DNA from: Aeromonas bivalvium
GTDB lineage: Bacteria; Pseudomonadota; Gammaproteobacteria; Enterobacterales; Aeromonadaceae
Length of the DNA stretch: 24,000 nt
Direction of reading: 5' to 3'
NCBI RefSeq assembly: GCF_000819765.1
Contig: NZ_CDBT01000061.1
Span: 61,648-85,647 of the forward strand
Shown here: piece after piece, positions 8,465 through 16,716 of the stretch
How the letters are laid out: every line of letters begins with the position of its first letter
Position numbering within the stretch: the first letter of the stretch is position 1
The notes under the pieces: model-generated
Told to the model about the DNA's origin: nothing
The model's input: the letters and a program-made list of their open reading frames with translations, nothing else
The model's database searches: none
Program-made: the position numbers and the translations under genes

Positions 8465-9100
8465 ATGCGCGTTTTCAAGGGAAAACTGAGGAAACATTGG
8501 GATAAAAACATAGAAAATTCGCTTTACTCATTCAGAAACCGGATTTTCTTTGAAAGATTACGGTGGGATGTGGAATCAAGCCAGGGGCTGGAGCGGGACC
8601 ATTTCGATGGCCCCGACACCCACTGGATCCTGGTCGAGGATGATGCCGGCCTGTGTGGTTGCATCCGCCTGCTCAGCTGCGCCGCCGATTACATGCTGCC
8701 CACCTGCTTCCCCGCCGCCCTCGCCGGCGAGTCGCCGCCCCGTCGCCAGGATGTCTGGGAGCTGACCCGGCTCGCCATCGACGCCGCACGCGCTCCCCGA
8801 CTCGACAACGGGGTGAGCGAGCTCACCTGCGTCATCTTTCGCGAGGTTCACGCCTTCGCCCGCGAACATCATATCCGCGAGATGGTCGCCGTGGTCAGCC
8901 TGCCGGTGGAGCGCATCTTTCGTCGCCTCGGCCTGCCCATCGAGCGGCTCGGCCATCGTCAGGCGGTGGATCTGGGGGCCGTGCGCGGGGTCGGGATCCG
9001 CTTCGTGCTGGACGAGCGTTTCGCCGCCGCCGTGCAACGCCCCCTGACCGGCGAATACCGGGCTGCGACCATAAAAAATCCCGGGAAGATCCCGGGATAA
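8465..9100 (+). CDS. ahyI: Acyl-homoserine-lactone synthase (LuxI family)
   Basis: It matches remembered AhyI (VFKGKL, FRNRxF, WDVES, PDTHWxLxED, GLCGCIRLLSCA, DVWELTRLAID, VVSLPVERIFRRLGLPIERLGHRQAVDLGAVRGVGIRF). I chose the ATG at 8465; the track ORF opens at an in-frame GTG at 8456. Confidence 0.95.
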   Translation: MRVFKGKLRKHWDKNIENSLYSFRNRIFFERLRWDVESSQGLERDHFDGPDTHWILVEDDAGLCGCIRLLSCAADYMLPTCFPAALAGESPPRRQDVWELTRLAIDAARAPRLDNGVSELTCVIFREVHAFAREHHIREMVAVVSLPVERIFRRLGLPIERLGHRQAVDLGAVRGVGIRFVLDERFAAAVQRPLTGEYRAATIKNPGKIPG

Positions 9101-9290
9101 AACACTCATGCCATGTCCGATCCCACCCCACGCAGGAACGAACTCAAAAGAGTATCACCACTAACCGAGTGGCTGGCTACTGCCACTTCTGACAGGCGCG
9201 GCCCCTCGACGCCCCTGGTCGAGCCGCCCTTGTGCCGGATCGGCACCAGCAGTAGAGTCGCTGCTTGAGTTGCATTGTTCATAAGGAAAT

Positions 9291-10193
9291 ATGATGAAGG
9301 CCCTGGACTACAAGCTGCTGCTGGCCCTGGATGCCGTGATGCAGGAGCAGAACTTCGAGCGCGCCGCCCAGCGCCTGCACCTCACCCAGTCCGCCATCTC
9401 CCAGCGCATCAAGCAGCTGGAGCAGCAGTTTGCCGAGCCGCTGCTCATCCGGGGCCAGCCATTGCAGGCGACCCCCCTCGGCCAGAAGCTGCTGGCCCAC
9501 TACCGTCAGGTGCGCCAGCTGGAGCTGGAGCTGGCGGGCGAGCTCTCCCCCAGCGAACCCCAGGCCCCGATCCGCATCAGTATCGCCGTCAACGCCGACA
9601 GCCTGGCCACCTGGTTCCTGCCCGCCCTGGCGCCCCTGCTGGAGCGCCATCCCATCGAGCTCAATCTGCTGGTGGATGACGAGAGCCGCACCCTGGACAA
9701 GGTACGCGAGGGCCAGGCGTTCGGCGCCGTCAGCCTGCACCCCCAGGCCCTGCCCGGCTGCCGCGTCGATGAGCTGGGCACCATGTGCTATGTGCTGGCC
9801 GCCAGCCCCGCCTTCATCGCCCGCCACTTCCCCCATGGCCTGACGCCCCAGGCCATGGCCAAGGCGCCCGGGGTGGCATTCGATCCCCGTGATGACATGC
9901 ACATCCGCTTCCTGCACCGCGAGTTCGGCCTCGAGCCAGGCGGCTACCCCTGCCACACGGTGCACTCCTCCGAGGCCTTCGTCGCCATGGCGGAGCAGGG
10001 ACTCGCCTACTGCCTGATCCCGGAATTGCAGATCAGACCCCAGCTCGAGGACGGGCGCCTGCGGGATATCTGCCCGGACAGACACCTGATAGAGACCCTC
10101 TACTGGCATCGCTGGCTGCTGGAGCGGGGGCTGCACAAACAGATATCCCAGCGCCTGATCGAGCAGGGGCGCCGGGCACTGCAACCCCGCTGA
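9291..10193 (+). CDS. argP: LysR-family regulator ArgP/IciA
   Basis: It is colinear with remembered E. coli ArgP (LDAVxxExxFERAAQxLxxTQSAxSQRIKQLE, AVNADSLATWxLPALAP, YWHR). Two ATGs are adjacent at 9291 and 9294; the second has better spacing to AAGGA at 9283-9287. Confidence 0.9.
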   Translation: MMKALDYKLLLALDAVMQEQNFERAAQRLHLTQSAISQRIKQLEQQFAEPLLIRGQPLQATPLGQKLLAHYRQVRQLELELAGELSPSEPQAPIRISIAVNADSLATWFLPALAPLLERHPIELNLLVDDESRTLDKVREGQAFGAVSLHPQALPGCRVDELGTMCYVLAASPAFIARHFPHGLTPQAMAKAPGVAFDPRDDMHIRFLHREFGLEPGGYPCHTVHSSEAFVAMAEQGLAYCLIPELQIRPQLEDGRLRDICPDRHLIETLYWHRWLLERGLHKQISQRLIEQGRRALQPR

Positions 10194-10279
10194 GCGGGCC
10201 ATTCACCTTGGCTTTGGAGGGGTAAAAACGTATAGTGCTGGGCGATTCTTCATCAGGTCTCCACTCAGGTTCCTCACTT

Positions 10280-12316
10280 ATGTTCCAAGACAATCCCTTG
10301 CTGGCCCAGCTCAAACAGCAGATCCGCGAAAACATCCCCAAGAAAGAGGGGGTGATCCGCGCCTCCGATCGGGGCTTCGGCTTCCTGGAGGTGGATGAGA
10401 AGACCAGCTACTTCGTGCCGCCCCCCTACATGAAGAAGGTGATGCACGGTGACCGGGTGAGTGCCCTGATCCGTACCGAAAAAGAGAAGGAAGTGGCCGA
10501 GCCGGACGCCCTGCTGGAGCAGGCGGTGACCCGCTTCGTCGGCCGCGTCAAGATGTTCCGCGACCGCCTCAACGTGGTGCCGGATCACCCCCTGATAAAG
10601 GACGCCATCAAGGCCCGCGCCAAGAAGGGTCTGGACGAGAAATCCTTCAAGGAAGGGGACTGGGTGGTCGCCACCCTCAAGCGTCACGCCCTGGCTGACG
10701 GCAACTTCTCCGCCGAGATCATCGAGCTCATCGCCGACAAGGACGATCACAACGTGCCCTGGTGGGTGGTGCTGGCGCGCCACAACCTGGCCCAGATTGA
10801 ACCGGCGGACCTGGCGGAGTGGAAGGTGATTGAAGAGGAGGAGCTGCCCCGCACCGACCTGACCAGCACCCCCTTCTTCACCATAGATGGCGCCAAGACC
10901 AAGGACATGGATGACGCCCTGGCCATCCGCAAGCTGGACAACGGCTGGGAGCTGCTGGTGGCCATCGCCGACCCGACCGCCTATGTGGCCGAGGGCAGCG
11001 AGCTGGACCAGGAAGCCGCCAAGCGTGCCTTCACCGTCTACATGCCGGGGCGCAACGTGCCCATGATACCGCGCACCCTCTCCGACGAGCTCTGCTCCCT
11101 GAAAGAGGGGGAGGAGCGCAACACCCTGTGCGCCCGCTTGCGGATCAATGAGGATGGCCTGCTGCTGGAGGAGACCGAGTTCTTCGCCGCCCGCATCAAT
11201 TCCCATGCCCGTCTCAGCTATGACGACGTCTCCGACTGGGCCGAGCACGGCAAGGTGCTGGATATCGACGCCGGCGTGCTGGCCCAGCTGCCCCTGATGA
11301 AGGCGATGACGGAGGCGCGCATCGCGTGGCGCACCGAGCACGCCCTGGTATTCCCCGACCGCCCCGACTACGACTTCGAGCTGGGGGAGAACGGCGAGGT
11401 GCTGGCCATCCACGTCGAGCCGCGCCGCATCGCCAACCGCATGGTGGAAGAGTCGATGATCGCCGCCAACATCTGCGCCGGCCGCGTGCTGGGCAAGCAG
11501 GTAGGCTACGGCATCTTCAACGTCCACACCGGCTTCGATGAAGAGTCTCTGGATGGCGCCATCGATCTGCTGAAGACCGCAGAAGCGCCGTTCGAGAAAA
11601 TCGATATCGCCAGCCTGTCCGGCTTCTGCGCCCTGCGCCGCTGGATCGACAGCCTGGATACCCGCTGGCTGGACGGCAAGATCCGCCGCTTCCAGAGCTA
11701 TGCCCTGATGTCTGCCGAGCCGGGTGCCCACTACGGCCTGGGGCTGGATGCGTACGCCACCTGGACCTCTCCCATCCGCAAGTACGGCGACATGGTCAAC
11801 CATCGCCTGCTCAAGGCCGTCATCGCCGGCAAGACCCCGGGTGAGCGTCCGAGCCTGGAGCTGACCGAGCACCTGACGGAGTGCCGTCGCCTGCACCGCA
11901 GGGTCGAGCGCGACATCGGCGACTGGCTCTATGTCCGTTTCCTCCAGTCTGCCGCCGGTAGCGATCAGGTGTTCAACGCCGAGATCATCGACGTGATGCG
12001 CGCCGGCCTCAAACTGCGCCTGCAGGAGAACGGCGCCGTGGTCTTCATGCCAGCCCGCCACATTCTGGACAACAAGGACAGGCTGGAGTGCAACTGGGAC
12101 AACGGCCGCGTCTACCTGGACAAGACAGAAGTGGTCTATGAGCTTGGCCAGATCATCGAGGTGAAACTGAGCGAAGCGGTGGAAGAGACCCGCTCCCTCA
12201 TCGCCAGGCCCGCCGTCGCCCTGGTGCCGGGCCCTGTGCCTGAGGCGCCTGCTGTCGAGAACGCAGAGACCGGAAGCACAGAGGCGGCGGCCGAAACAGC
12301 CCCCAAGGCGGACTAA
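10280..12316 (+). CDS. rnb: Exoribonuclease II
   Basis: It starts MFQDNPLLAQLKQQ, identical to the remembered E. coli RNase II N-terminus. GFGFLEV (CSD), an RNB catalytic core and a C-terminal S1 domain follow. The track ORF start at 10235 adds 15 non-homologous codons. Confidence 0.95.
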   Translation: MFQDNPLLAQLKQQIRENIPKKEGVIRASDRGFGFLEVDEKTSYFVPPPYMKKVMHGDRVSALIRTEKEKEVAEPDALLEQAVTRFVGRVKMFRDRLNVVPDHPLIKDAIKARAKKGLDEKSFKEGDWVVATLKRHALADGNFSAEIIELIADKDDHNVPWWVVLARHNLAQIEPADLAEWKVIEEEELPRTDLTSTPFFTIDGAKTKDMDDALAIRKLDNGWELLVAIADPTAYVAEGSELDQEAAKRAFTVYMPGRNVPMIPRTLSDELCSLKEGEERNTLCARLRINEDGLLLEETEFFAARINSHARLSYDDVSDWAEHGKVLDIDAGVLAQLPLMKAMTEARIAWRTEHALVFPDRPDYDFELGENGEVLAIHVEPRRIANRMVEESMIAANICAGRVLGKQVGYGIFNVHTGFDEESLDGAIDLLKTAEAPFEKIDIASLSGFCALRRWIDSLDTRWLDGKIRRFQSYALMSAEPGAHYGLGLDAYATWTSPIRKYGDMVNHRLLKAVIAGKTPGERPSLELTEHLTECRRLHRRVERDIGDWLYVRFLQSAAGSDQVFNAEIIDVMRAGLKLRLQENGAVVFMPARHILDNKDRLECNWDNGRVYLDKTEVVYELGQIIEVKLSEAVEETRSLIARPAVALVPGPVPEAPAVENAETGSTEAAAETAPKAD

Positions 12317-12340
12317 GCCGGCCCCTCCCCTTCCTATGCC

Positions 12341-12368
12341 AAAAGCCCGCAATCTTGCGGGCTTTTTT
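12341..12368 (+). terminator. Intrinsic terminator after rnb
   Basis: The hairpin aaaagcccgca-atct-tgcgggc is followed by T6. Confidence 0.85.
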
Positions 12369-12584
12369 GATCGAGGAAAGAGCGAGTCAGTCGAGCCTGC
12401 TAGCGGGAGCATGGGTCCGTAGAGCTGGCAGGACTCTGGGGATGACAACCTGAAAGTAGGTTACAAAATCAGTCAATCTTTACTGATTCATTGGCGATTA
12501 ATCATGAAACCTGACTTTTTCATCGTTGGTGACCCGTGATAACGCCCCTGAAATCATGCCTCATTTGGATACAAATAATAAACA

Positions 12585-12600
12585 TGTGACAGCAATCACA
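12585..12600. promoter_or_regulatory. CRP (cAMP receptor protein) site, perfect consensus half-sites
   Basis: TGTGAcagcaaTCACA. Confidence 0.7.
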
Positions 12601-12629
12601 TTGACACGGTATTTGCGCAAACCGCAAGG

Positions 12630-12645
12630 CGTGACATTGATCACG
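12630..12645. promoter_or_regulatory. CRP-like site
   Basis: cGTGAcattgaTCACg is a symmetric near-consensus site. Confidence 0.55.
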
Positions 12646-12702
12646 AAAATTTGATGGCGACGGTGAGAAAGGGCGAAATGTAGCCGAAATACAGCGAATG
12701 AA

Positions 12703-12718
12703 TGTGATCCGCGTCACT
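12703..12718. promoter_or_regulatory. CRP-like site, promoter-proximal
   Basis: The site is TGTGAtccgcgTCACt. A TATTTG -10-like hexamer at 12743-12748 would place this site near -41.5, but this is inference only. Confidence 0.5.
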
Positions 12719-12898
12719 ATGAAGGGAGGGGGGTAGCCCGGGTATTTGAGAGGTGCATCACAAGACACCCCGTTTTCAGCCCAACTTGATGGCGAACTGG
12801 TAGATTGAAGTTGCTTAGACGACAGGGATGAGGGTTCGGCAAAACCCGTTATCCCGACTACCACTTTCAATCAAACAGGCTCAAAACGGGGTGCCGTC

Positions 12899-14827
12899 AT
12901 GTTATCACCGGATACCAAAGTCAAGATACAGAATTTTGGACGCTTCCTGTCCAATATGGTCATGCCCAACATAGGGGCATTCATCGCCTGGGGCTTCATC
13001 ACCGCCCTCTTCATTCCCACCGGCTGGCTGCCCAATGAAACCCTGGCCAAGCTGGTCGGCCCCATGATCACCTATCTGTTGCCCCTGCTGATTGGCTATA
13101 CCGGCGGCAAGCTGATGGGGGGTGAACGGGGCGCCGTGGTCGGTGCCATCACCACCATGGGCGTGATCGTCGGGACCGACATCCCCATGTTCATGGGCGC
13201 CATGATGGTCGGCCCGCTCGGTGGCTGGGCCATCAAGCGCTTCGACAAGGCGATGGAAGGCCGGGTCAAGAGCGGCTTCGAGATGCTGGTCAACAACTTC
13301 TCCGCCGGCATCATCGGCATGTTGCTGGCCATCCTCGCCTTCTTCGTCATCGGTCCCTTCGTCAAGGTACTCTCCGGCGTGCTGGCGGCCGGGGTCGGCT
13401 TCCTGGTGGACAACCACATGCTGCCGCTGACCTCCATCTTCGTCGAACCGGCCAAGATCCTCTTCCTCAACAACGCCATCAACCACGGCATCTTCTCGCC
13501 GCTCGGGATCCAGCAGGCGACCGAGCATGGCAAGTCCATCTTCTTCCTGATCGAAGCGAACCCGGGTCCGGGCCTGGGTGTGTTGCTGGCCTACATGGTG
13601 TTCGGCCGCGGCGCCGCCAAGCAGTCCGCCGCCGGTGCCTCCATCATCCACTTCTTCGGTGGCATCCACGAGATCTACTTCCCCTACGTGCTGATGAATC
13701 CGCGCCTCATCCTGGCGGTGATCGCCGGCGGCATGACAGGGGTCTTCACCCTGACCCTGTTCAACGCAGGTCTGGTCTCCCCCGCCTCGCCGGGTTCCAT
13801 CTTCGCCGTGCTGCTGATGACGCCCAAAGCCTCCCTCATCGGAGTGCTGCTCTCCATCGTCGCCTCCGCCACCGTCTCCTTCCTGGTCGCCGCCGTGTTC
13901 GTCCGTGCCCAGCAACCGGAAGCCGACGAGGCCGATGCCCTGGGTGAAGCCACTCGCAAGATGAAGGCCATGAAGGGTGCCAAACCCGAGACCTCGGCCG
14001 CCAAGAAACCGGGCGCCGAGCTCAAGACGGTACGCAACATAGTGGTTGCCTGCGACGCCGGCATGGGCTCCAGCGCCATGGGTGCCGGCATGCTGCGCAA
14101 GCGGGTTGAGGCCGCAGGGCTCGACATCCGCGTCACCAACCGCGCCATCGACCAGCTCGACGACCAGGTGGACTGGGTCATCACCCACCAGGATCTGACC
14201 GAACGGGCCCGTCGCCACGCGCCGCACGCCCACCATATCTCCCTCACCAACTTCCTCGACAACGGCCTCTATCAGGCACTGGTGCAGGAGCTGAGCCAGA
14301 CCCGGGCCGCCAACGACGACGTGGCCCACCCCCAGCTGCTGGTGGCCGCCAACGATGACAGCTACGAACAGCAGGAACCGGAAGTGTTCACCCTGAGCCA
14401 TCATGACATTCAGCTCGGCCTCAAGGCCGACAGCAAGGAGGCCGCCATCCGTACCGCGGGCCGGCTGCTGGCGGAACGTGGCTACGTGGAGCCCGATTAC
14501 GTCAACGCCATGCTGGAGCGGGAGCAGCTGGTCTCCACCTACCTCGGCGAGTCCATCGCCGTGCCCCACGGCACCATAGCCGCCAAGGAGAAGGTGATCC
14601 GCACCGGCATCGTCATCTGCCAGTACCCGGCCGGGGTGGCCTTTGGCGAGGCCGCCGACGAAGTGGCGCGCCTGGTGATCGGCATCGCCGCCCGCAACGA
14701 CGAACACATGCAGGTGATAACCCGCCTGACCAATGCCCTGGATGAACCCGGGATCATCGACCGGCTGGCCAGCACCCTGGATCCCCAGGCGTTCCTGGAC
14801 CTGCTGGGCGGCGAACAGGCCGCCTGA
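12899..14827 (+). CDS. mtlA: PTS mannitol-specific transporter, fused EIICBA
   Basis: The 642-aa ORF is near-identical over long stretches to remembered E. coli MtlA (FGRFLSNMVMPNIGAFIAWG, LPNETLAKLVGPMITYLLPLLIGYTGGKL). It has the EIIB Cys loop VACDAGMGSSAMGA and the EIIA segment YLGESIAVPHGT. Confidence 0.97.
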   Translation: MLSPDTKVKIQNFGRFLSNMVMPNIGAFIAWGFITALFIPTGWLPNETLAKLVGPMITYLLPLLIGYTGGKLMGGERGAVVGAITTMGVIVGTDIPMFMGAMMVGPLGGWAIKRFDKAMEGRVKSGFEMLVNNFSAGIIGMLLAILAFFVIGPFVKVLSGVLAAGVGFLVDNHMLPLTSIFVEPAKILFLNNAINHGIFSPLGIQQATEHGKSIFFLIEANPGPGLGVLLAYMVFGRGAAKQSAAGASIIHFFGGIHEIYFPYVLMNPRLILAVIAGGMTGVFTLTLFNAGLVSPASPGSIFAVLLMTPKASLIGVLLSIVASATVSFLVAAVFVRAQQPEADEADALGEATRKMKAMKGAKPETSAAKKPGAELKTVRNIVVACDAGMGSSAMGAGMLRKRVEAAGLDIRVTNRAIDQLDDQVDWVITHQDLTERARRHAPHAHHISLTNFLDNGLYQALVQELSQTRAANDDVAHPQLLVAANDDSYEQQEPEVFTLSHHDIQLGLKADSKEAAIRTAGRLLAERGYVEPDYVNAMLEREQLVSTYLGESIAVPHGTIAAKEKVIRTGIVICQYPAGVAFGEAADEVARLVIGIAARNDEHMQVITRLTNALDEPGIIDRLASTLDPQAFLDLLGGEQAA

Positions 14828-14863
14828 ACACTCGGCTCATCATTGGTTAAAGAGGTTGATATC

Positions 14864-16006
14864 ATGAAAACATTGCATTTTGGCGCCGGCAACATAGGCC
14901 GTGGCTTCATCGGTAAACTGCTGGCTGACGCCGAGCATCAGGTCACCTTCGCCGACGTGAACGAGACCCTGATCGACCAGCTCAATCATCGCCAGGAGTA
15001 CAAGGTCCACGTGGTGGGGGCGGATCAGAAGCTGGACGTGGTGCGCAACGTGGCCGCCGTCAGCTCCGCCGGGCACGAGGTGATCGCCCGTCTCATCACC
15101 GCCGATCTGGTGACCACGGCGGTGGGCCCCAACATCCTGGACAAGATTGCCAGCACCCTGGCCAAGGGGCTGCAGGCCCGCTTCGATGCCGGCAACCTGA
15201 CCCCCCTCAACGTCATCGCCTGCGAGAACATGGTGCGTGGCACCAGCCACCTCAAGGAGGAGGTACTCAAGTACCTGCCGGTCGCGTATCATGCCACCCT
15301 CGAATCCTGCGTCGGCTTCGTCGACTCGGCGGTGGATCGCATCGTGCCCCCGGCCGCGGCCAACGACGATCCCCTGGAGGTGACGGTGGAGAGCTTCAGC
15401 GAGTGGATCGTCGACCAGACCCAGTTCAAGGGGGAGCTGCCCCGTGTGGCGGGCATGGAGCCCACCGACAACCTGATGGCCTTCGTCGAGCGCAAGCTGT
15501 TTACCCTCAACACGGGGCACAGCATCACCGCCTACCTCGGCAAGCTGATGGGCTATCGCACCATCCGCGAGGCGATCGAGGATCCGGTGATCCGCAGCAA
15601 GGTGCGCCGTGCCATGGAGGAGAGCGGGGCCGTGCTGGTAAAACGCTACGGCTTCGATCCGCGCCTGCACGCCGCCTACATCGAGAAGATCCTGGCCCGT
15701 TTCGCCAACCCCTATCTGGTGGACGAGGTGGACAGGGTCGGCCGCCAGCCCCTGCGCAAGCTGGGTCCTCAGGATCGTCTGATCAAACCCCTGCTCGGCA
15801 CCCTGGAATACGGGCTGCCAAACGAGGGGTTGCAGGAGGGCATCGCCGCCGCCCTGCGCTACCAGGATGACCAGGATCCCCAGGCCCGGGAGCTGCAGGC
15901 CGCCATCGAGACCGACGGCGTGGCCGCGACCCTGGCCCGGGTATCGGGACTGGATCCGGCCCACCCCCTGGTCGCCGCCATCGCCGCCCGCTACCAGGCA
16001 CTCTAA
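14864..16006 (+). CDS. mtlD: Mannitol-1-phosphate 5-dehydrogenase
   Basis: It begins [17 protein letters not shown] (Rossmann GxGxxG), as MtlD does, and sits immediately downstream of mtlA. I chose the ATG at 14864; the track ORF opens at a TTG at 14843. Confidence 0.95.
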   Translation: MKTLHFGAGNIGRGFIGKLLADAEHQVTFADVNETLIDQLNHRQEYKVHVVGADQKLDVVRNVAAVSSAGHEVIARLITADLVTTAVGPNILDKIASTLAKGLQARFDAGNLTPLNVIACENMVRGTSHLKEEVLKYLPVAYHATLESCVGFVDSAVDRIVPPAAANDDPLEVTVESFSEWIVDQTQFKGELPRVAGMEPTDNLMAFVERKLFTLNTGHSITAYLGKLMGYRTIREAIEDPVIRSKVRRAMEESGAVLVKRYGFDPRLHAAYIEKILARFANPYLVDEVDRVGRQPLRKLGPQDRLIKPLLGTLEYGLPNEGLQEGIAAALRYQDDQDPQARELQAAIETDGVAATLARVSGLDPAHPLVAAIAARYQAL

Positions 16007-16013
16007 CCGGACT

Positions 16014-16036
16014 CACAGGGAGGGCCTTGCCCTCCC
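16014..16036 (+). other. Intercistronic stem-loop between mtlD and mtlR
   Basis: A 10-bp GC-rich stem, cagggagggc-ctt-gccctccctg, starts 8 nt after the mtlD stop. No T-run follows, so it is not a canonical terminator. Confidence 0.6.
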
Positions 16037-16066
16037 TGCACACGACTAGCTGGACCCTATCGATTT

Positions 16067-16588
16067 ATGACCACACACCAGGAAGATGAAGTACTGGAGC
16101 GACTCAACGAGCAGGATGGCCCGCGCGGCTTCTTCCTCGAGGTCGTCACCCTCCTGGAAGAGGCGGTAGACTCCCTGATGCGACGCGCCTTCCGCCAGGA
16201 GGAGTACGCCGTCAAATACGCCATCGAACCCCTGCTCAACCAGAGCGGCCCCCTCGGCCAGATAGAGGTGCGCCTCAAGCTCATCTTCGCCCTCGGCCTG
16301 GTCTCTCTCGAGCTCTATCAGGACATAGAAGCCTATCTGAAAGCCCGGGATGCCCTGGTGCGCGATCCCAAGGATTATCGCTTCAGCGACAAACCGGTGC
16401 GGGACCTGCTCGAGCGGCTGCACGGCATCAACCGGACCGGCCTCCAGGAGCTGGTGCCCCCCGCCACGGAAGAGGATTGGGCCTTCTATCAGATGCAACT
16501 CGCCCGCCAGGATCAGATGGTGCGATCCTCCCTGATGCTTGCCGTCGCCCACTGCGTCGGCGAGCTTCACAAGGAGAGCCCCATCTGA
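16067..16588 (+). CDS. mtlR: Mannitol operon repressor MtlR
   Basis: The 173-aa ORF matches remembered E. coli MtlR (VLERLN, YAVKYAxEPLL, GPLGxxxVRLKLIxxLG). It occupies the third position of the mtl operon. Confidence 0.9.
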   Translation: MTTHQEDEVLERLNEQDGPRGFFLEVVTLLEEAVDSLMRRAFRQEEYAVKYAIEPLLNQSGPLGQIEVRLKLIFALGLVSLELYQDIEAYLKARDALVRDPKDYRFSDKPVRDLLERLHGINRTGLQELVPPATEEDWAFYQMQLARQDQMVRSSLMLAVAHCVGELHKESPI

Positions 16589-16716
16589 CCCGATTGCGCC
16601 GGATACTGCCGCATCAGACCCTTCACACCTCAGACCCTTGTCTCATTCGAGTTAGAGTGTCAGGCTGACATATATTCTTCCTGGCATGCCCTTTCCACTC
16701 CCTTGACGAGGTACTC

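Noticed and set aside
10274-12448. A 724-aa minus-strand ORF, the longest in the track, plus similar giants at 12905..14707(-, 600 aa), 16660..18537(-, 625 aa), 14840..15964(-), 3616..4785(-), 1763..2665(-), 52..978(-), 9279..10202(-), 7614..8459(+), 19410..20699(+) and 22906..23883(-).
   Set aside because: Each lies antisense to a gene with unmistakable homology (rnb, mtlA, the antiporter, mtlD, pepP-like, pckA, hslO, argP, ahyR, zntB, the Big_2 gene). Their translations are Gly/Ala/Arg/Leu/Gln-rich with no recognisable motifs. This is the expected stop-codon-poor shadow frame in a GC3-rich genome.
12520-12870. 116-aa minus-strand ORF inside the mtlA upstream region.
   Set aside because: It has no RBS and no family resemblance, and its composition reflects the AT-rich regulatory DNA. 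It also overlaps the three CRP-type sites. It is more likely non-coding.
16615-16639. 9-bp direct repeat cagaccctt x2 (16615 and 16631) between mtlR and the antiporter gene.
   Set aside because: It is short, isolated and has no associated symmetry or known motif, so it is compatible with chance.
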